Assembly: GCA_949358305.1 (NCBI GenBank)
Contig: OX442314.1
Coordinates: 32,054,001 to 32,118,000, forward strand
DNA from: Strigamia acuminata
Taxonomy: Eukaryota
DNA: 64,000 bases
Direction of reading: 5' to 3'
Shown: piece by piece, positions 61,201 through 64,000 of the stretch
Layout: the number at the start of each line of letters is the position of its first letter
How positions within the stretch are numbered: position 1 is the first letter of the stretch
The notes under the pieces: model-generated
The model's input: only the letters and a program-made list of their open reading frames with translations
The model's database searches: none
Told to the model about the DNA's origin: nothing
Made by a program: the position numbers and the translations under genes

Positions 61201-61730
61201 AAATCCTTTCTCTTTTGCGAGCGAGGATGACAGCTCCGGAAAGATTGGTTGGAGGTGCTCGTGGGGTCGGGTCGGCGTTGGTCGCCGTCCCTGCCCGTTT
61301 GATTTCCTCTCGTGGACAACCGACTTGGGTGGTCGTCGTCCGACGAGTCGGAGGGGTCGGAGGGGTCGCCATGGGGGCGATTCTCCGCTCCTCTAGGTGG
61401 AACTTCATCGCCATCTTGTGGCTTTTTCTGGCTTCCGGATGGCGGCGGCTCCCTTCCGTCGCTGCTCCCACAAAAAGAATGCCATTTAGTTTCTTCATTC
61501 TCTGGGCCTTCGCGGTCCTTATTTGTATTCTTCCAATCGAGTGAAGCATTAGTGGTCGCTCCAGTTTCGGATCTCTTCGAGGGGTGACGGTCTCTTGATT
61601 TCGGTTCCAGTCGGTCTTCCTCTTGGGATCTTCCTAATTTTGCCGCTTTTGTTGGCTTTGTTCTGCGCTCTCTTGTTTCGATGTCAGAGCCACAGGGGGC
61701 TTTTGGTTCATTTTTTGGTCTTTCTCTCTT
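58215..61730 (-). CDS. ORF2: gag-like continuation plus decayed integrase remnants
   Basis: Frame open from 61730 to 58215. Contains HGDPSDPSDSSDDD, KKQILCLLHEPPLTSHP (H2C2-like) and VLSDNDTQFVFQIFKDF (integrase core-like). Confidence 0.6.
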   Translation of the reverse strand, partial: KRERPKNEPKAPCGSDIETRERRTKPTKAAKLGRSQEEDRLEPKSRDRHPSKRSETGATTNASLDWKNTNKDREGPENEETKWHSFCGSSDGREPPPSGSQKKPQDGDEVPPRGAENRPHGDPSDPSDSSDDDHPSRLSTRGNQTGRDGDQRRPDPTSTSNQSFRSCHPRSQKRKDFVTNPKPHADKQTTKDNRKETSSRTKTLLSCLKSEFENYKHKPKKKARDRNATLLSRPSYTEVTSEVGQLTKLLTKASDDRTAQEKNLTKIVFSFSGRINCDQNKNKTLNNVRVSTLTPLPIVNICDEHGQTNKAEQAILEPMEKIKDLLPKNLNDKPERLQDDQSSSHQETDQQKQPDVTPAQPEQAISEREEAEESTSENDKTHHPHCAKQKCDEHHPEREDRQWNRLLPPMNKYKGTPCLNESKKLKDCVQEPNQSSTLHNPKVDCQIRASARSLIKTKATVKQKQLGKRAQPSPVGTLQTPQVTKPIRKKNQKEKRKKTREKRNRPAQSQAANCEPFAMKRRPPDLTMRCHNKEFVANRSFSELKRANQLDEDILGGEEIKKATIILEENQEKPKMEKGALKTDCEQDKLCPNFKDNWSEPDNTRMIAVQSTLKKQILCLLHEPPLTSHPDRMRKNTSYLIGQYPQYVATGRIKICALAKRFAVEITENLFDAALKFKFKKKVLSDNDTQFVFQIFKDFDGKLKNIPSKTYGYGCKWNQNLIAQNFDILERIHNLETDIPFTDCEANDHVWKEIHKLLSAAKDTAASQAVQRGSSGTSRAGQGGNTYKLLQIIDSYKSEPVDVDRLTQYLPEVSPKTWLEIQSKSEHIHRCIKTLITLPTEIANEEPTTVGPGRAKHQKQSNAGTAPSIENSMTEAPIDDERHLVELSNEKWGSRLTPIDPVIVQARNIRPQVCEKINPININQQRDNNTNSRQNPNCNKLKTFLREMENAKVAVATLSNTDLAQDCHVKQAMAVWTTVNREDISIPPSMSDMWSPVVPSTSNIHYGLTHDRDGLSWPITSASQQPTSPWCVILPLAVEPSTTSPSTNNRERQDSSQNSQDQQPRVPRTTKSIPTHTASPFVLTIAIETSATHNDSGTLVVFLTHWRRTQTETTCKPKNKHVWFSMSEQVNPRSISNGNQLFPTPHIPASALSFDYTLPRAKSWRRVRDRL

Positions 61731-63148
61731 TTATTTCTCTTCGAAATGTCTTGTTCGTATTTTCTTTGGAATTTCTCTGTTTCTTTTTTCCAATTCTCGG
61801 CTTCCCATCTTTTCTGTTCATCAATTATAGCTTGTTTTTTAGCTTCATATTCTTCTCTCCATCTTTCTCGCTCCCATTCTTCCTGCTCTCTCAGGAATTG
61901 TTCTTTTTCCTTTCTAGCCTTTTCAGCTTTCATTCTTTCATGGTATTGTTCTTCCCACTTTTGGTGCTGAATTATGGCTTCTTCTCGTAATTTTTGCAGC
62001 TTTTCCATTTTATGTTGCGCCAGGAGTTCTCGGAATTGGTCCTTGTAGTCTTGGGCTTTTTTATGCTTTCCTTCTACGGTGACGTTCCATTCTTGCTTTA
62101 TCTCGGCTTCCTGGTCTCCTCTCATTTTTTGTATTATTCTTTCCGTTCGCTCGGCTGTCCTTTTGTCGCGTTGTTGTTTTTCTTCTTCTTCCCTCCAAAG
62201 TTGTCTTCTTTCTGCGCTCAATTTTCGTTGCCGATTTATTGTTTCCAATCTCGCTTCTTCTCGAGCCTTTTCGCGGGCTTTGTAAAGGGCTTTTTGGGGG
62301 TCGGGTACAAAACCGCCTATTTCACTTGGCGTTTCTTGTTGCATGGGCGTCTCCGCTGCTGGTGTTGCGACTGGCGTTGCGGCTTGGGCCATACAGATAG
62401 CATCAGTGAGTAGAGTAATCGATTCCCAGACCGACGTCCCTACTGGAATGTCTATCGCTGCTTTCAGTCGGGTCGCTTGTTGTGTTAGCCGTATCAGGTG
62501 GGCTATCTCGGGAGAGACTGAAGCAGGTCGCACCGTAACCTGGGGGGTTATCGGGGTCCCGCTCCTGCCTCGCCGCGGAGTTTGTTCTAGCCGTATTAAA
62601 TGGGCCACTTCAGGAGAAACCGAGGCAGGCCTCGCCGTAACTTGGGAAGTTATCGGGGTCCCGCCCTGGTCTCGCACAAGAGTTTGATCCACTGGTGGCG
62701 ATGGGTTGGTGCTGATGGTATTTGTTTGCCTCGGAGTTTTGTGTGTCTCCTCGGCCACTAATATCGATACTCGTTCGGTTGATTGTTCGTGAATTTCTTC
62801 GCAATTTTCTGGAACTTCTGTATCGGTATCTTCGAAGGTTTGCGTATTTAAGGGAACCCGCTCTCGCTCTGGCCCAGGGGGGGCTGTGAGCGAGGCAGCT
62901 TGCTCCTCTTTCTGCGTATTCAAGGGAATCCGCTCTCGCTCTGCCCCATGGGGGGCTGTGAGCGAGGCAGCTTGCTCCTCTTTCTGCGCCTTCACTTTTT
63001 GTTTGTTCGCTCGGGCTTTCGCCTTAGCGGATTGTTCCGGAACTGGACCGTCCGACCTTTGGTGATAGTCGGAGGTTCTGTTTCCCTTTTTGAGCATAGG
63101 TTGCTCGGTTTCAGACGCGGATTGTTCATCTTTGTCTGACATTTTCAT
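61634..63148 (-). CDS. ORF1: gag-like coiled-coil protein
   Basis: ATG ~50 nt after the PBS; E/K/Q/R-rich helical C-terminal half; two internal peptide duplications. Confidence 0.65.
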   Translation of the reverse strand: MKMSDKDEQSASETEQPMLKKGNRTSDYHQRSDGPVPEQSAKAKARANKQKVKAQKEEQAASLTAPHGAERERIPLNTQKEEQAASLTAPPGPERERVPLNTQTFEDTDTEVPENCEEIHEQSTERVSILVAEETHKTPRQTNTISTNPSPPVDQTLVRDQGGTPITSQVTARPASVSPEVAHLIRLEQTPRRGRSGTPITPQVTVRPASVSPEIAHLIRLTQQATRLKAAIDIPVGTSVWESITLLTDAICMAQAATPVATPAAETPMQQETPSEIGGFVPDPQKALYKAREKAREEARLETINRQRKLSAERRQLWREEEEKQQRDKRTAERTERIIQKMRGDQEAEIKQEWNVTVEGKHKKAQDYKDQFRELLAQHKMEKLQKLREEAIIQHQKWEEQYHERMKAEKARKEKEQFLREQEEWERERWREEYEAKKQAIIDEQKRWEAENWKKETEKFQRKYEQDISKRNKREKDQKMNQKPPVALTSKQESAEQSQQKRQN

Positions 63149-64000
63149 TTGGTTATTTTTAAAAGAGATCACAAGTTCAGTTTGAGATTTATTTCTAAAT
63201 CCCGGACAGACCCCCACGTGTCGCGTCCTACTTTGTATAGGTTTAAATAGCGCTAACGTGTAATACTTTACCTGTGATCAATTATGCAAATACCCAAATG
63301 AATACTAAATGTATGTAAATAAACAGGTAATTTATTCACCAGGCTTTATGCCTTTAAAATACACTCAGTAATAATTCTAGAGTCGACGTGGTCAGCGTCG
63401 AACAAAGGATTTCTCAAGATGGCGTCGTCGATTCCGCGTGGTCGGCGGAACAAAGGCGGCGTCTCGAGTTGTCGTTAATTCGTCACGGATTCGTTTTCAC
63501 GGACGCGGTGGAATGCTCTCTCGAGTCTTCTATCCGTGCCTGTTGTCTAGGGTTTGGTTTAGCGTCGCAGAGGCCTCGTCTAGGAACTTTGGGGTTCCCT
63601 ACAAAGCACTCGGACACTTACTTCGGCGAATAATCGTCTGGGCGATTATTCTGGGTGATTTCACAAGGGCTATTCTCGTGCTTTCGCAGGAATAGCTCGC
63701 AAGTGACTTCGTGAGAGTTACAGTTTGCACTTTACTCAGCGATCCTCGATCAATCCTAACTTGTAGTTGAAGTTGGCCTGACGGTGAGGTAGTTGCTGTG
63801 TTCTTGGTGTCGTTTGTGTAAGTTCTGTCTTTTGGCGGGAATTTCTCCCTTTTATGGGTCAGTGTGAGGGGCCGGCGCAGCCAATGGGGGCTTGCCACCC
63901 GACACCTCACTCCCCTCGGGGCACACACCTGCTCAGAGAGAGGCGGAGCCAACACGAGAGGAATGACCCGTCTGTTGCAGTGAGTCAAAGGGCAAATATC

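Larger units (their letters stand above)
57365..64000 (-). mobile_element. Young non-autonomous Gypsy-like LTR element with no recognisable PR/RT/RH
   Basis: LTRs at 57365-58183 and 63219->64000, with 2 mismatches seen. PBS TGGGGGTCTGTCCGGGAT (63199-63216) and PPT GGGGGAAGGACG (58184-58195). Empty site AAGTGT|ACAC in the paralog at ~34410. Confidence 0.9.

Overview
AT-rich eukaryotic (invertebrate, probably arthropod) genomic DNA, not prokaryotic. The backbone is a minus-strand tandem array of ionotropic-receptor (IR)/iGluR-like genes with 11 exons each. Copy A (5' half only, 6.7-7.9 kb), B (15.0-31.9 kb) and D (47.6-54.9 kb) read open after manual splicing. Copy C (36.0-44.1 kb) has a stop codon, and several gene fragments are also present. 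The main observation is that B, C and D all lack the M1-M2 loop and re-entrant M2 pore loop: M1 connects to M3 through about 10 residues. Introns and spacers carry many transposons. These include a Ty3/Gypsy element with a -1 frameshift signal, two 6-8 kb foldback-like palindromic elements built on a 54-bp hairpin repeat, and a gag-less Mag-like Gypsy element with intact RT-RH-IN. There are also two Tc1-family elements with intact transposase ORFs, a young RT-less LTR element with long ORFs, a Copia remnant, solo LTRs and MITEs. Exon boundaries and alignments were made by eye; no database searches were run.
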